A stretch of 63,424 nucleotides of DNA, counting the filler, from Collodictyon triciliatum (Eukaryota): the NCBI GenBank assembly GCA_043381765.1. It is 6 parts of 6 records of this genome, joined end to end, with 100 filler letters (N's around TTAATTAATTAA, not from the genome) between each part and the next. Parts side by side here need not be neighbours in the genome. Positions count along the whole stretch, not along the records: positions 1 to 10,503 come from JBHJMP010002653.1; positions 10,604 to 21,098 come from JBHJMP010002654.1; 4 more parts are not named here. One strand, written 5' to 3'. Positions 1 through 16,220 of this stretch are shown here, one piece after another. Below the pieces are notes generated by a model, which did no database searches, was not told the origin of the DNA, and worked only from the letters and a program-made list of their open reading frames with translations. The position numbers were made by a program, and so were the translations under genes. Each line of letters opens with the position of its first letter. Position 1 is the first letter of the stretch.

Positions 1-103
1 AAAAACATAAAAACATAAAAACATAAAAACATAAAAACATAAAAACATAAAAACATAAAAACATAAAAACATAAAAACATAAAAACATAAAAACATAAAA
101 ACA
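1..103. repeat. (AAAAACAT)n tandem repeat at scaffold start
   Basis: Direct reading; about 13 copies of an 8-nt unit. Confidence 0.95.
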
Positions 104-180
104 AATACAAATACGAAAAAGAAAACTCACAAAAATAAAAAGAAAAAGTGCACGAGGATAAGATAAATTATTTATTACAG

Positions 181-3100
181 TTCCTCAGATTGTTGGCCGA
201 AGCCAACCAAGTCCACTACACGGATGATCTATCGAAACAGGCAGTTATTTTCCACATCCAAGCAAAAACACAATCGATGCAGATCCAAGTGGTGCCCATT
301 CATCGTCGAGATGTATTGTGTTTCCGAATGAGCTGTGTCCTACCTTTAGTAATTCCAAGCAGCAGTCTTCGCAGCGTCCTGGAGAATGTTTGCCACCGCA
401 ATATCACTTCCCGCCGAGGAGCCTTCACGGTCGATCCAGATTCACAGAAAGTCATCTTCATGATGAATACTTTAGACTTATTTGAAAATCAGGACGGGCT
501 CGCTAAAGCTCTCACGGCTGATCTATTCACTAGTATTAAAATCTTACAAGAATCCATGGAGCAAATTCATGCTCTCACTTTGACGAGACCATCAGTGGGT
601 ATTGGTTCCACAGAAACCGTCGTTCCAGGTAACTTAGCCCGGACTAAATGGAAGCATAGCAAAACATAAATGGAAAATAAAGACAAAAAAACGACAAAAA
701 AACGACAAAAAAACGACAAAAAAACGACAAAAAAACGACAAAAAAACGACAAAAAAACGACAAAAAAACGACAAAAAACGCACCATAATTATATTATTAA
801 ATAAAAAGCAGAATTGCCCATAAAAATGAACTCGATAGTCATGATTATTCCTCTATCAACGATAAAATATCGAAAAATGAACTTTAATTCATCTCAACAC
901 TATCATCAATATACTGCTTTTTATTCAATACATCAAAGACTTTGTCAGAGAATACGGTTCATTAAAAATTTTCTCAATCTAGTTGATATTCAATAATCTC
1001 AACTTGTTTCATCAGAAAAATACAAAAGTCAGTCAACATTGAGGATGCTAAAGGAACTCATTGATCCACAAATAATTTCAAAGTGTATTGATGGACCTAA
1101 GGGCAAGCTTATATCAATCGGAGATCGATTCATTCACAGTAACCGTGGTTATGGATGCTGTATCGGTGAAACAAATGAGAATATGTATGTCTTTTACGAT
1201 TTGGAAGATGAGCCCTGTACCTTTACCGAGCAAAATCTAGACAATGTAATCATCGTCCGAAAGGCTGGTAATCAAAATAATAATAGCACATGGAACCTCG
1301 ATTAATTATTATTGCTATATATATATTTTGCTTGCTTTCGTTATTTATTGGAAAGATTCTCAGTCGTCGCACTGACCTCCTTTTTTCTTCATTTTTGAAG
1401 GAAGAGCCTCCACCTTTCGAAAATACATTACTAACGAAGCACAAATGATGGATTTTGATGTGTGCATGGGGGCCATGTATAACGACCACCAGTTTCTCCC
1501 AGGAGACCGGGTCAAATCAAATATAGCTTATGCAACGGTGATTGGAATCGCTAGAAATCGTCTCTGGGTTCATTTCGATTACAAAATCGGAGCCGAACAG
1601 ATAACAAACTCTACAGAATTTACTTTGGTTTCCAGATACGGTACCTAACTTTTATTCTCAATGAACCCATGGAATCTGTTTTCGATAAAAGATTGCCAAA
1701 ATCTTAATTTTTTAACATGGAACATTTTTTTTTATTAGAATAACAGATAAAGACATTTTTTTTCAAAACATTCTTCTTTCTATTCTTAACTCATCCAAAA
1801 TTACTTTGCCAAGTTTGTAATATATACACATACCCATATATTTTAAAATATGTTACGAAAATAAAAATTGCAAATTAGTGCAATATCTGGTGTTGATACC
1901 ATCGCGTTTGTATAGGGTTACACGGACAAGGTCAATCGAGTATGGTGGATGGCAAGAGCGCAGTCCGCGTTTCTTCAATCGATACATTAGCTTTTCGATT
2001 TAATGCTGGGGACTATGTAGACACACCGAGGAATGGATTTGGATCCGTTATTGGGTTGTCTACTCATGGAAAATTGACTATGAAAATGACACAGAGAGCC
2101 TATGATGGGTATTGGATTCCTGATGATTCGACCAACCCAGATTTAAGGAAAGAGGGCTTTGTACTTGTCCGCAGATTTGGTAAGATAACTTTGGAGTTTT
2201 TTTTTTCAATTTTTTTTTTTCATAGGAGTTTTCTTTTTTCTGTTGCTAAATTTATTTTGAATATGTAAATATAGCTGGGTCTGGGCAAGCAAATGTCCGA
2301 GGGATGAATGGGACATTTGTCTACGATGTCTCTTGTGACCTTTTCCATGAACTCGGCTTTTACCCTGGGGACCGTGTCACCACCCCAAAAGGAGAAGGAA
2401 GAGTAATTGGGCTGCGAGATAGAGATATTTGGTTCTACATCGATAAATTACATGTTTCTTTCAATTTCAAAAGCGTTGAGAATTATAAGCAAGGGTTCAC
2501 CAATATATCCAAACAAGTAGACTTTCCCGATGTTCCTTTGTTACCAGTTGAACTATCTCCCTTGTCGAATTATATAAATGGAAGACACCAGATTTCCCCC
2601 AAATCATCTGAAAAGACAGACAGCTCAAACATGACGGCCAGTTCTAGTGCACCTGATAGAGAAGCCGTGAGAAGATCGTCTCAACTACTTGAACAGCAGA
2701 AAATCTTTCACGATATCTTTCTCGATGACGATTTTCTGACTCCATCATCACAACCTTGTACACAATCGCCATCAGAAATATCATTACATACAACAAGCAG
2801 GACCTTACGTCAATCGTCACCACTTGTAACCCAGACGGCCCAAAATACTACTCGATCTTACAGATCGATCTTCTCTAAAACTCTTATCGGTAAGATTCAT
2901 AATTCATTACTTTAAAGCACATATTTTCTGCAATTTTTTTTTGTCTTAATCATTTGATGTTCCGTTTCTATTGGTTATACATTGAGATAGAGAAAATAAA
3001 AGTTTGGGGAAAATAACCAACCATACTCTTTTTCTTTTTGATCTCTCACTAAATCAATAGAGAGACTTGAGTTAGACAATCAGCTTATAGCAGAAACTGA

Positions 3101-4289
3101 TTTTCAGTACGAATATGGTTCGGACGGAAAGCCCATCACACTCGGTAAAGGAGGATATGGTAGTGTATACAAGGGGTTTTATAGAGGACACACTGAGATT
3201 GCAATCAAGAAGATAATTTTAAATGAAAAGTCTGCGTATGACCAAGTTCGAAAAGAAGTAGAAAACCTTCGGTCCGTGTTCTTTCCAATATTTGCATGTT
3301 CGCCTTGTTACCAATCAATTTGTATGTATATTTGTTTGTTTATAGATCACACGATCTGGTTTTTGTTTCATGAATAGAAAACATAGTCTTGCATTTTGAT
3401 TAGAAGTCTTCAATCAATAGGCGCTTACGTCATGATAATCTGTTGAGCTTTTTTGGACTGGTCAGAAGTGGTGAAGAAGTGTGGATAGTCACTGATTTTT
3501 GTGATGGAGGCGACTTGGCCACTTTCATAAAAAAGGGGGTGGCTGAGAAAACCTGGACATGGTCGCTGATGCAAGAATTCTCGACGCAAATACTGATAGG
3601 TTTGGATGTTATGCACTCCCGGCATAATATCGTTCACCAAGACTTGAAGCTTCAGAATGTGCTATTAAAGAAAGGGAAGTGTGTCATTGCAGACTTTGGG
3701 TTGTCGGTGAAGGACATGGATATTTCAAGACAATCGGGAACCTTCTTGTGAGTGATTGAGATTCATATCACAGTTATTTTCTCTTGCATTTTTCAATACT
3801 TGATGGAGGCAAACATCGTGACGCTTTGCTCAAACACATCCACATTTGCCTATTTAATCCCAAAAGCATGGATTCATTATAATTATAATTTATTGTTGTT
3901 TTATTTATTTACTTTCGCTGCAATTCCAATCTGTGTGTAGAAAACCTCTCCTGACGGTTGCGCCTTGCGGCCACCATCTCTGCATTAGGTACATGGGCCC
4001 AGAGGCATTGTGCGAAGAAAGCTACACCCCAACACCTGCTTTGGACATATTCTCCTTCGGCATGCTGCTTTGGCGCATGTGCTACATCAACTACCACCCG
4101 TATGAGACATACAAAGCAAATACACCCCAGGCGGTCAAGGATGTTTTGTCGAAGGGGGACCACCCACCTGTGGGGAGCGAAATACCCCAGGGAGTCGGCA
4201 AAATGATGAAGTCATGCTGGCTGTTGGAACCAAAGGAAAGGCCGACAGCAGAAGTGCTATTGAAGGACATCAGAGCTGCGTGGGTTTGA
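181..4289 (+). CDS. Multi-exon protein kinase (TKL-like, non-RD) with an N-terminal YbjN/T3SS-chaperone-like domain and four SH3/KOW-like repeats; 5' end probably missing
   Basis: GT-AG exons 181-628, 1016-1267, 1401-1640, 1916-2179, 2275-2889, 3061-3271, 3421-3747 and 3989-4289 join in frame. Kinase motifs: GKGGYGSVYKG, IAIK, HQDLKLQN, DFG, YMGPE, DIFSFG. Confidence 0.85.
685..780. repeat. (AAAAAAACGAC)n intronic minisatellite
   Basis: Direct reading; 11-nt unit. Confidence 0.9.
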
Positions 4290-5026
4290 TCCCGTCGCGG
4301 ATTTGCTCTCCTCTTCGCCGCGCGCGGTCAGAAACGAACACGGATGACTTGATCCAGCAGCACCCATAAAGGCACCCCAATCTAACCAACTTGCTCATCG
4401 CACAGGATTGTAAGGCTGGATTGTACAAAGTCGCCCTGAACATTTCCCAATCCTTTCCATGACTCCCACGAATACCACAACGGAGGTTCGAAAGAGGGCG
4501 AGGCACAGACTAAACCGGACGACGATTTTGTTGGTTGTTTGCGGTTTGCAGTTGGTTTCATAATTTCCAGATTCAATATCCTAGAAAGGATATAGATTGG
4601 GAGATTTGCTCACGCCTTGGGCTGCGTTTGAAATTTGTCAGCCCTGCTATCGACACCACGAATTCTCTTTCCCTTCCGCACATCCGCCCAGGAACCTCGC
4701 GCCCGGTAGATTCTCTCGAATCAAGCGTAAGTCCCTCACGTCCCCACCGATGCAGCGCTCGAAGTCGTCCGTGAGAGACGCATCCCCACTTCATTCTTTC
4801 ACCACACACTCTGAGTACTGAATGTGGCAAGGCACCCAGATGGGTGATACCCTACCACAAAAACCCCGAATAAGGTGTTCCTAAGCGTCCTATCTGCCCA
4901 ATCTTAATTTTTCCTGGTGAGGGATTCCGTGCGACTACAGGAGGAAGAGAACAACTCCCCGCCACAAGATCTCCTGATCTCTGACGTTTACATCTGTCAC
5001 ATAGCTTCAACCCACTCGAAGCGAAC

Positions 5027-5952
5027 ATGATTGTCCCCAAGAAGGATCGCCTGGCTGTCTACAGATACCTCCTCCAAGGTGAGCGCCAGATTATGTCGTT
5101 GCCGTAACAACCATTGCCTACACCGATCTCCCACCATCCCAAGCCTCCAGGGAGAGAGACCACCAGCCCGAGATAACTGTGGTCACGAGTCTTGATCGCG
5201 TGGTTGAGCTTGACTCACCCAGACCAGCCCAAAGCGAACTCACTCTTTTCCACGCCTTCAGCCCCCATCCTACCACATAACCCCCTGACCCTCTCCCACC
5301 GCCATACAGAGGGAGTGCTCGTTGCCCCCAAGGACTTCAACAAGCCCAAGCACGACATCCTGGACGTCCCCAACCTCTACGTCCTGAAGCTTCTCCAGTC
5401 CCTCAACTCGCGCGGCTACGTCAAGACGCAGTTCAGCTGGCAATGGTACTACTACTTCCTCACCGACGAGGGCCTCGTCTATCTGCGCCAGTTCCTCCGC
5501 ACCCCTGAGGATGTCATCCCCAACACCCACAAGAAGACCGAGCGCGCCGTCCCCTCCCACATCCGCGAGTCCCGCGACAGTGCGTCCCTCTCTCCCATTC
5601 CGCCACACCCCCGACCCACGCTGCCTGTTTCATCTCACGCAACACCTGCGCCGCAGGACGAAACATGCAGACGCTTACTCTCTCTCTTTCTCTCTCACAC
5701 TAACAAACACACACACACACACACACACACTCACTCACACTCACACTCACACTTTCAGGATATCCCCGCCGCCAGGACGGCGAAGGCAAGAACATCGCCC
5801 CAGGCTCCGACTTCAACCCTGAGTTCCGCGGCGCCGGCCGTGGCACCGGACCCCGCCCCTTCAACCGCGGCGGCGCAGAGTCCAGCGGAGCCGAACCCCG
5901 CCAGCCCCGCCCCTTCGGCCGCGGCCGCACTGACGCCCCGGCCTCCTCGTAA
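5027..5952 (+). CDS. RPS10: 40S ribosomal protein S10 (eS10), 3 exons
   Basis: Exons 5027-5078, 5310-5579 and 5759-5952 give MIVPKKDRLAVYRYLLQEGVLVAPKDF...VPNLYVLKLLQSLNSRGYVKTQFSWQWYYYFLTDEG...DFNPEFRG. Codons are strongly GC-ending. AATAAA lies at 5962-5967. Confidence 0.97.
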
Positions 5953-6108
5953 GCGCCACCCAATAAACGTGGCTTTGGTCCGCCCACCCCCACGCCACTC
6001 GGCCTGCGTCTGATGCTGAGGGAGTCTCCCACAACGCCGCGGCCTCTGTCCTCTGTGGTTTGGCTGCGCGGACAGGTGCAGTGTGACGCGCGCGAAAGAG
6101 TGCGCTGT

Positions 6109-6185
6109 GTGACGTCACGTCGGCTGTGTGGTAGGTCAAACTTGCGGTGTGGCGTGGCGAGAAAGGAGCGGCTTGTCCTGCCAAT
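6109..6185 (+). promoter_or_regulatory. Candidate promoter elements: CRE-like palindrome GTGACGTCAC and a CCAAT box
   Basis: GTGACGTCAC at 6109-6118 and CCAAT at 6181-6185, in a GC-rich stretch upstream of the ATG at 6491. Function is inferred only. Confidence 0.35.
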
Positions 6186-6490
6186 CAGAAGTTGCGTCCT
6201 GGCCTGCCTCCTCGTGCCCTTGTGAGCGGCGCGGTTCTCTCCTCGGACTTGGTTCCCTTCCCGCCGAAGTGCCGGGTGGCCGCGCTTGGGTTCGGGTGTG
6301 GAAAGAGCAGAGCGCGGCGTATTTTCGTCGTCCAACTTTTTATTTTATTAATTTTATTTTAATTTTTATTTTATCTTATTTTATTTTATTTTTAATTAAT
6401 TTATTCCTCGGCGTCGTCGTCGTTGTTGTTTTTCTGTTGGGAGATAGCCGCTGGTGGGCCGACTCCGCGCCGCTCTAGCCCTTCCTGCAG

Positions 6491-9400
6491 ATGTCGAGTG
6501 GCTCTCGGCTTGAATCCCTCCTCGCAAGACTAAGAAAGGCTCAGAGCGCCTCTGGACCGGAAAGAAATCGTATTCTTCGGGCAGAATACGACAGGCTGTG
6601 TGCGGCTGGTGAGTTGTTGCTGACAGCCACGCACTTTCTCTGTTTTTCTTTTTTTCTCTTTTCTGCTTTGCTTCTGTTTTTGAGTGGGTTTAGTGTCCCT
6701 TCTTCATTTTTGGCGGCAGAAACTTTGACGGAATATTTTCTTTTGTCCCTCTTCTTTTTGAACGCCCGAATACGTCTCGACTGCGCATGCGTCGTAGGTG
6801 CTGCGGATCGGCCTGCGTTTGAGTTGTTGGCGGTTGAATATGAGGCGAGCCCCTTCCTTTGGGAAAGCTACCAAAGCTCCCTTGTTTCTATGCGAAGTAA
6901 CGCTGTGTTCTCTGCGATATGGACGTTAGTCAGCTATCGTTGGGTAGAGTACATGCTCAATATCATATATTATATTCTTTTGACTGTGCAGCATAAGATT
7001 AGTCTGGCGGTGTATTCTTGCTTTTTATTTTATTTTATTTTATTTTAATGAATGTATTGGACTTTAAGAATTCATCTACCATTTCACACGTATTTATTTG
7101 TTGATGTATGTTGTATTTCAAATTATAAAAATTCAATACGCCCAGCGTAAACAATCATGGACATAAACATTTATTTTCCCCTTTATTGCATCGACATATA
7201 TACATGTATATTAAAAAAAAAACATCATAAGTGATTGTAATGTAATCTTTTCCACATCCTATATGATTATTTCTCTCTCTCTTTTTTTTTTCATGGCAGA
7301 TATTTGCTGACGTGGAGCACCAGACAGCAATTACTCTAAATATTTTCCTAAAAAGTTGCAATAGAATTTTCTGGTATTATTTCCTATTTCCTTATTCCTA
7401 TTTTCTTGCGTTTCTCTATTTTGGTGCCACAGATGACACTCTCCACATCTCTTTTTTTTTTTCATTACAAATAAAATAAACTCGAAAAAAAAAACGTACA
7501 AGCAACATCAATTGCATATTTTGATTAAATGATTACAATCTATCGATGCGAACTAAAACTTTGTGAACCTGACGCTGAAACAAATTATGGAAATTTAGGT
7601 CAGATTTATCGGGACAAAGTATCAATTTTCGAGAAATTTATAAGGTTTGTTCAACATGATACTTTTTTTTCTCTTCTCCTTTATTCGACTAAAAGTCTTT
7701 TAACGTGATTCTATTGCGGTTTTACGATATACTGGCGGTAATGCCTTGTCTGTTCATAAAATTTTCCCTCTCCACAAAACAAAGTACATCAGATTTAGCT
7801 TATGTGACAAAGGCTTTCACTTGGCGAAGTCTATCGCACCATACTATTCGATCGACCTGACGAGGCTTTTGTGTAAATACTACTTCCATTACGAATTTTT
7901 GGGAACTATGGAAGAACTGAAAGCAAGTTATCCAATTTTACACTCACCAACCTTTTCTCTACCAAGTCCATTATAGATTCATTCAATCCTTCTATATATA
8001 TGTACATTAGTTAACTCTGACTACATTATTGGTATTGGTATTCTAGTTTAATTATTATTTTTTTTTTTTTAATAACGGCATCGTTTCTAGGATTTTACCG
8101 CACAGCTGGATTTCGTGTTACACATAGTATCTGAAAAACTGTCACCAGAAGGGAACAAGGACGCGCCTTTAAAGAAGGTTTAGCACCGCAACGCACTACA
8201 CCACATTCCCAGATATTTATATCCAATCCGATCAATTATAATGCTATCAAATTAGTTTTGTTTGGTTTTCATTTACTTATTTACCTTCCTATTATGGTTT
8301 TTATCATTTATGTCTTCATTGTGAAAAGTTCAAAAGATCCGAAACATTATCTTCTCTATTTCACTCATAACTTTACATGCTGACTACTTAGTCGCGGGAT
8401 TATATCTATTCTACAGAACATAAAACTCATATTGTTCCAAGAACTTACTATTCACTCAACGGTCATGTAACAATAGAGCGCATCGGCCATTCTCCTGAGC
8501 ACTCTACAGGACAATAAAGACTATCTGCTGCAGACTGCAAAGGACCTCTACAGCGACGAGACTGCATTCTGGGAAGAAAGCGATGCCGACAGCAGTAACG
8601 AGGGTATCCATCTTCCCGCGAATGCGGGTGAAAGTAGGGAAGACGAATCGTCTAATCAACCATCCCAAAAAAATGGCACGGAGACCGAGCCCGCCCTGTT
8701 TGACGTATCTGCAGGGAGTGAGACACTGCCCCCTCCATTGGTGTCGTCTGCGCCAAATGCATCAAAATACGAGAAAATACAATCAGATCAAACAACCGCT
8801 TTATCGAGTACAGATTTAACAATTTCATCCGAGGGTTTGGAAAGAACGCACGAGCACGTCATTTACGCACCGGATTTGGTCGGCCTGGAGAGTGCTGCAG
8901 TGATATCCTTGATTCGAAACGAGGATACGATGGTTCAATACATGGATAAATTACTCTTCCTTAAAGGTAATCTCACTGCATTTATATATCGATTTGAGTG
9001 CTATGTGTTGAATGTACAGGAACATCGTTAGGTGTTTATACGAATTCAGTATTTGCATAAATCAAAAAAAAATCGGTTCACATGAAGGCTCTCTCTTTGA
9101 TTCAATACTCATGCGCCATTTCCTTCCACTCCATCGGTAGAGTACGAGCTTCAGAAGCACACATTAGTGAAGATACAAACATGCTTGCACCGATGTTCTC
9201 GACCAGGTCATACCTCTCTTTCCTTCTACCTGGCATTTTCGTTTTTTTTTTTTTCAGATAAGAAATTAATAAACAGATTTAAAGTATGCAAATAAAATGT
9301 ATCGAACAATGAACAAATATATCAGGCGGCCCTCTGTACCCAACACGACGCGTCCGCTCCAAAGCCCGAGAAGTTGCCGATTCTTTATTCCCGGTAAGCA

Positions 9401-10329
9401 AAGCAATATTTCAAATGATCAGCAAGATTGGTATACTTTGAGAAAGATTGAAGTATCATTCGTATATTTTCAATTGTATATACTATGAGGGGGTTTCAAG
9501 GCCACACGAAGGGTAATTTAAGTTGAAGAGTAAAATGTTCCATGGCTATCTCTATGTCTAATTCCTCTTCTTTTTTTTTTAAAAAGAAAGAAAACATCTT
9601 GCAAACACGTTGTATATCTATAAAGAGAGTTTAATATCACAATAATTGAGTATCATATCCCAGAGTCGGGGATGTATGTTGAATCGAAAAATAGTGAATA
9701 AAAGATTAGAGGAATGTCATCGCACGCGCAACTAAGCAAATATGATTTTTTTTTTTCAAAATAAATAACAAAAGAAAACCTCAAGTTATGTTAATTTTTT
9801 CTAGATTGGTCGAGTTCTTCGCAGAATAGTGCGGGTCTTATTTGCGCTCTGGCACCCATACTATACCGCATCATCACTGATTTATTGGACACATTACCGA
9901 GTTCGTGCTACATTGGACGGAATCTGGCATTACTTCTTCCGCTCCTGATTGTCGTATTCCAAACTTGCTCTTCATATTGTGCCGTCGTTGTAAACGCAAC
10001 ATCACATGCAGATATACCATTCTCGTTTGCCTTCTCATCCATAAAAAAAAAATAAAAAAAAATAATAATCCTAAAATGCTGAACACTTTGGCACTATAAC
10101 GGTCCATAGTCACACTTAAAAGAAATATTTAATACAAAAATTGGGTATCAAAATACTTTTACGCCTTTAAAGGGGGAAAATAAAGTTCACGAATACACAC
10201 CCTACTATTTTTCTTTCGGGTTCTTCATTCTTTTTCAACCGCAGTTTGTTTCGTGTGGGTTTCTATTGCAGGAAAGGTTGCGAGTGCTTTGAGAGAAGGA
10301 AAAATTGAGTCTGCAAAGGAAGGCACCTT

Positions 10330-10362
<33 letters not shown>

Positions 10363-10503
10363 TATGGTTCTCTTTCTCCTCTGAAAATAAAGAGAGAAAA
10401 AAAAAAGTCATCAGTATACGGAAACTGTCATATCAGACCAGTTTGCAACATAGAAGCGCTCGTCAAGTCCAAACGCAATGCCACTGGGGTGCAAATGCTG
10501 AAG
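6491..10503 (+). CDS. Hypothetical multi-exon protein, 3' end cut by the scaffold end
   Basis: Exons can be joined in frame: MSSGSRLESLLARL.../AADRPAFELLAVEY.../IFADVEHQTAITL.../YIRFSLCDKGF...EELK (GC donor)/DFTAQLDF.../DNKDYLLQTAK.... No family recognised; downstream exon boundaries are approximate. Confidence 0.6.
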
Positions 10504-10603
10504 NNNNNNNNNNNNNNNNNNNNNNNNNNNNNNNNNNNNNNNNNNNNTTAATTAATTAANNNNNNNNNNNNNNNNNNNNNNNNNNNNNNNNNNNNNNNNN
10601 NNN
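10504..10603. other. Artificial scaffold-joining spacer (N run, TTAATTAATTAA, N run)
   Basis: 100 nt with stops in all six frames; the same spacer occurs at 21099-21198, 31691-31790, 42278-42377 and 52860-52959. Confidence 0.97.
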
Positions 10604-10626
10604 TTTGTTTTTTTTTTTTTTTTTTT

Positions 10627-10701
10627 GGTTTTTGGTTTTTGGTTTTTGGTTTTTGGTTTTTGGTTTTTGGTTTTTGGTTTTTGGTTTTTGGTTTTTGGTT
10701 T
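10627..10701. repeat. (GGTTTTT)n simple repeat
   Basis: Direct reading. Confidence 0.9.
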
Positions 10702-10790
10702 CTTAACACAGTTCTTTCTTTCCCTTTACTTTCTATATCTTATTGTATGCTCCGCTACGTCAGTATTATTCAATAATATTAGAATCTCAC

Positions 10791-15037
<4,247 letters not shown>

Positions 15038-15941
15038 TGTGGGTAATGATGCACCTCTACGAGCTCCAAGTGTGGGTTATCGAGCAAAAACTTTGAAGGC
15101 ACTGGGTGGAGACGCAAAGTCTTTGGGACACACAGGAGTCGAATCTGGGTTGAGCAGACGCAGGATGGGTTTTTTTGGGGTGGCTGGGAGGGAAAATGAA
15201 TATAAGTACACTATTAAAAACAACTCGAATAGAATACAATGAGCGACTGGAAAGGGCAAGGTGGGTAAATCTCACATTCAGTCATCCTCAAGACAGGGAA
15301 TATTAAGAGTATCAGATGAATACCGTAAGTATAAAAAGAGAGAGAAAGAGAAAAAGCGACAGCCAGGTGGGCGTAAATAAAACTTTATATATAACTACGT
15401 AAGTAGGAGAAAGAGTAACCGAAGGCTCTTTAATATGCTCAACTGTTTCAGAAGAAACAACTAAAAATGGAGAAACAAGGAAATAACATCTTTCTTGGTC
15501 TCATGCCCCATTATTTTATATTATTTTATATTATTTTATATTATTTTATATTATTTTATATTATTTTATATTATTTTATATTATTTTATATTATTCTTTT
15601 CTTCCTCATGCACTCCTTTTCTCTTCGTTTTTGATATCGCCTTCCCCTCTGCGGTCGCGTGGATGGGCGACTTGTCGCTGGGAATGTCTCGCTGGCGCGC
15701 TGATTCTACTTTCTCTGATCCGCACTCAGGCCGCCGCACACCGCCACCGCGCACGCCGGTAACACATTTGAACAAGGTGGTTGTCTTGGCGTAACCGTTG
15801 ATATCAATTCCTACTTCTGGAATTATCGTGTTCAAGGGTCAAGTCGGTTTTGTCTCCTGCCCTGGCCACACGCGCAAACCCCCCAAGCAGCACCCGTCCG
15901 CCAGTTGCCACCGATTTAGAGACACAAACCCTAATTCTCTT

Positions 15942-15975
<34 letters not shown>

Positions 15976-16091
15976 CCCAATATTTAGGAGATTTTTAATT
16001 TGTGTCGCATCGCTAAATCAGTTGTATGCATCCAGGGTTTATTTGCAAATGATGTAAGTCATCATGAAGTACCTCACTTTTTATTATGATT

Positions 16092-16220
16092 ATACTAGAA
16101 GGGGTATACCAATCTTTCGGCTGGCAAACTTCGTCCGCTAGTATCCAAGATCTCACCAATTTTTTCACTATGGTCGTGTAGTGGTGGAGGCTGCCAGGAA
16201 AGACCCGACAGCCTGTTTTT
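16092..16220 (-). ncRNA. Candidate Fanzor omegaRNA scaffold
   Basis: Lies immediately 3' of the Fanzor ORF. Hairpins at 16188-16214 and 16166-16183, plus a multibranch stem at 16092-16144. The G-U pairs form only on the minus strand. Confidence 0.6.

Noticed and set aside
4300-4850. Possible small minus-strand spliced gene between the kinase and RPS10
   Set aside because: Exon-like pieces exist, but no consistent start or frame could be assembled; left unresolved
5270-6478. Multiple overlapping ORFs around RPS10
   Set aside because: By-products of the high GC content and codon bias of RPS10 and the adjacent promoter
10548-10559. TTAATTAATTAA palindrome recurring about every 10.5 kb
   Set aside because: It is embedded in N runs and is an artificial all-frame stop linker
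10627-10701. (TTTTTGG)n as a telomere
   Set aside because: The strand orientation is wrong for a left chromosome end, and it lies within an intron of the truncated PDE gene
15077-15079. Stop-codon reassignment (non-standard genetic code)
   Set aside because: TAA, TAG and TGA all end conserved genes here (RPS10 and S16; pLGIC; NEMF and RTRAF), and the conserved exons have no internal stops
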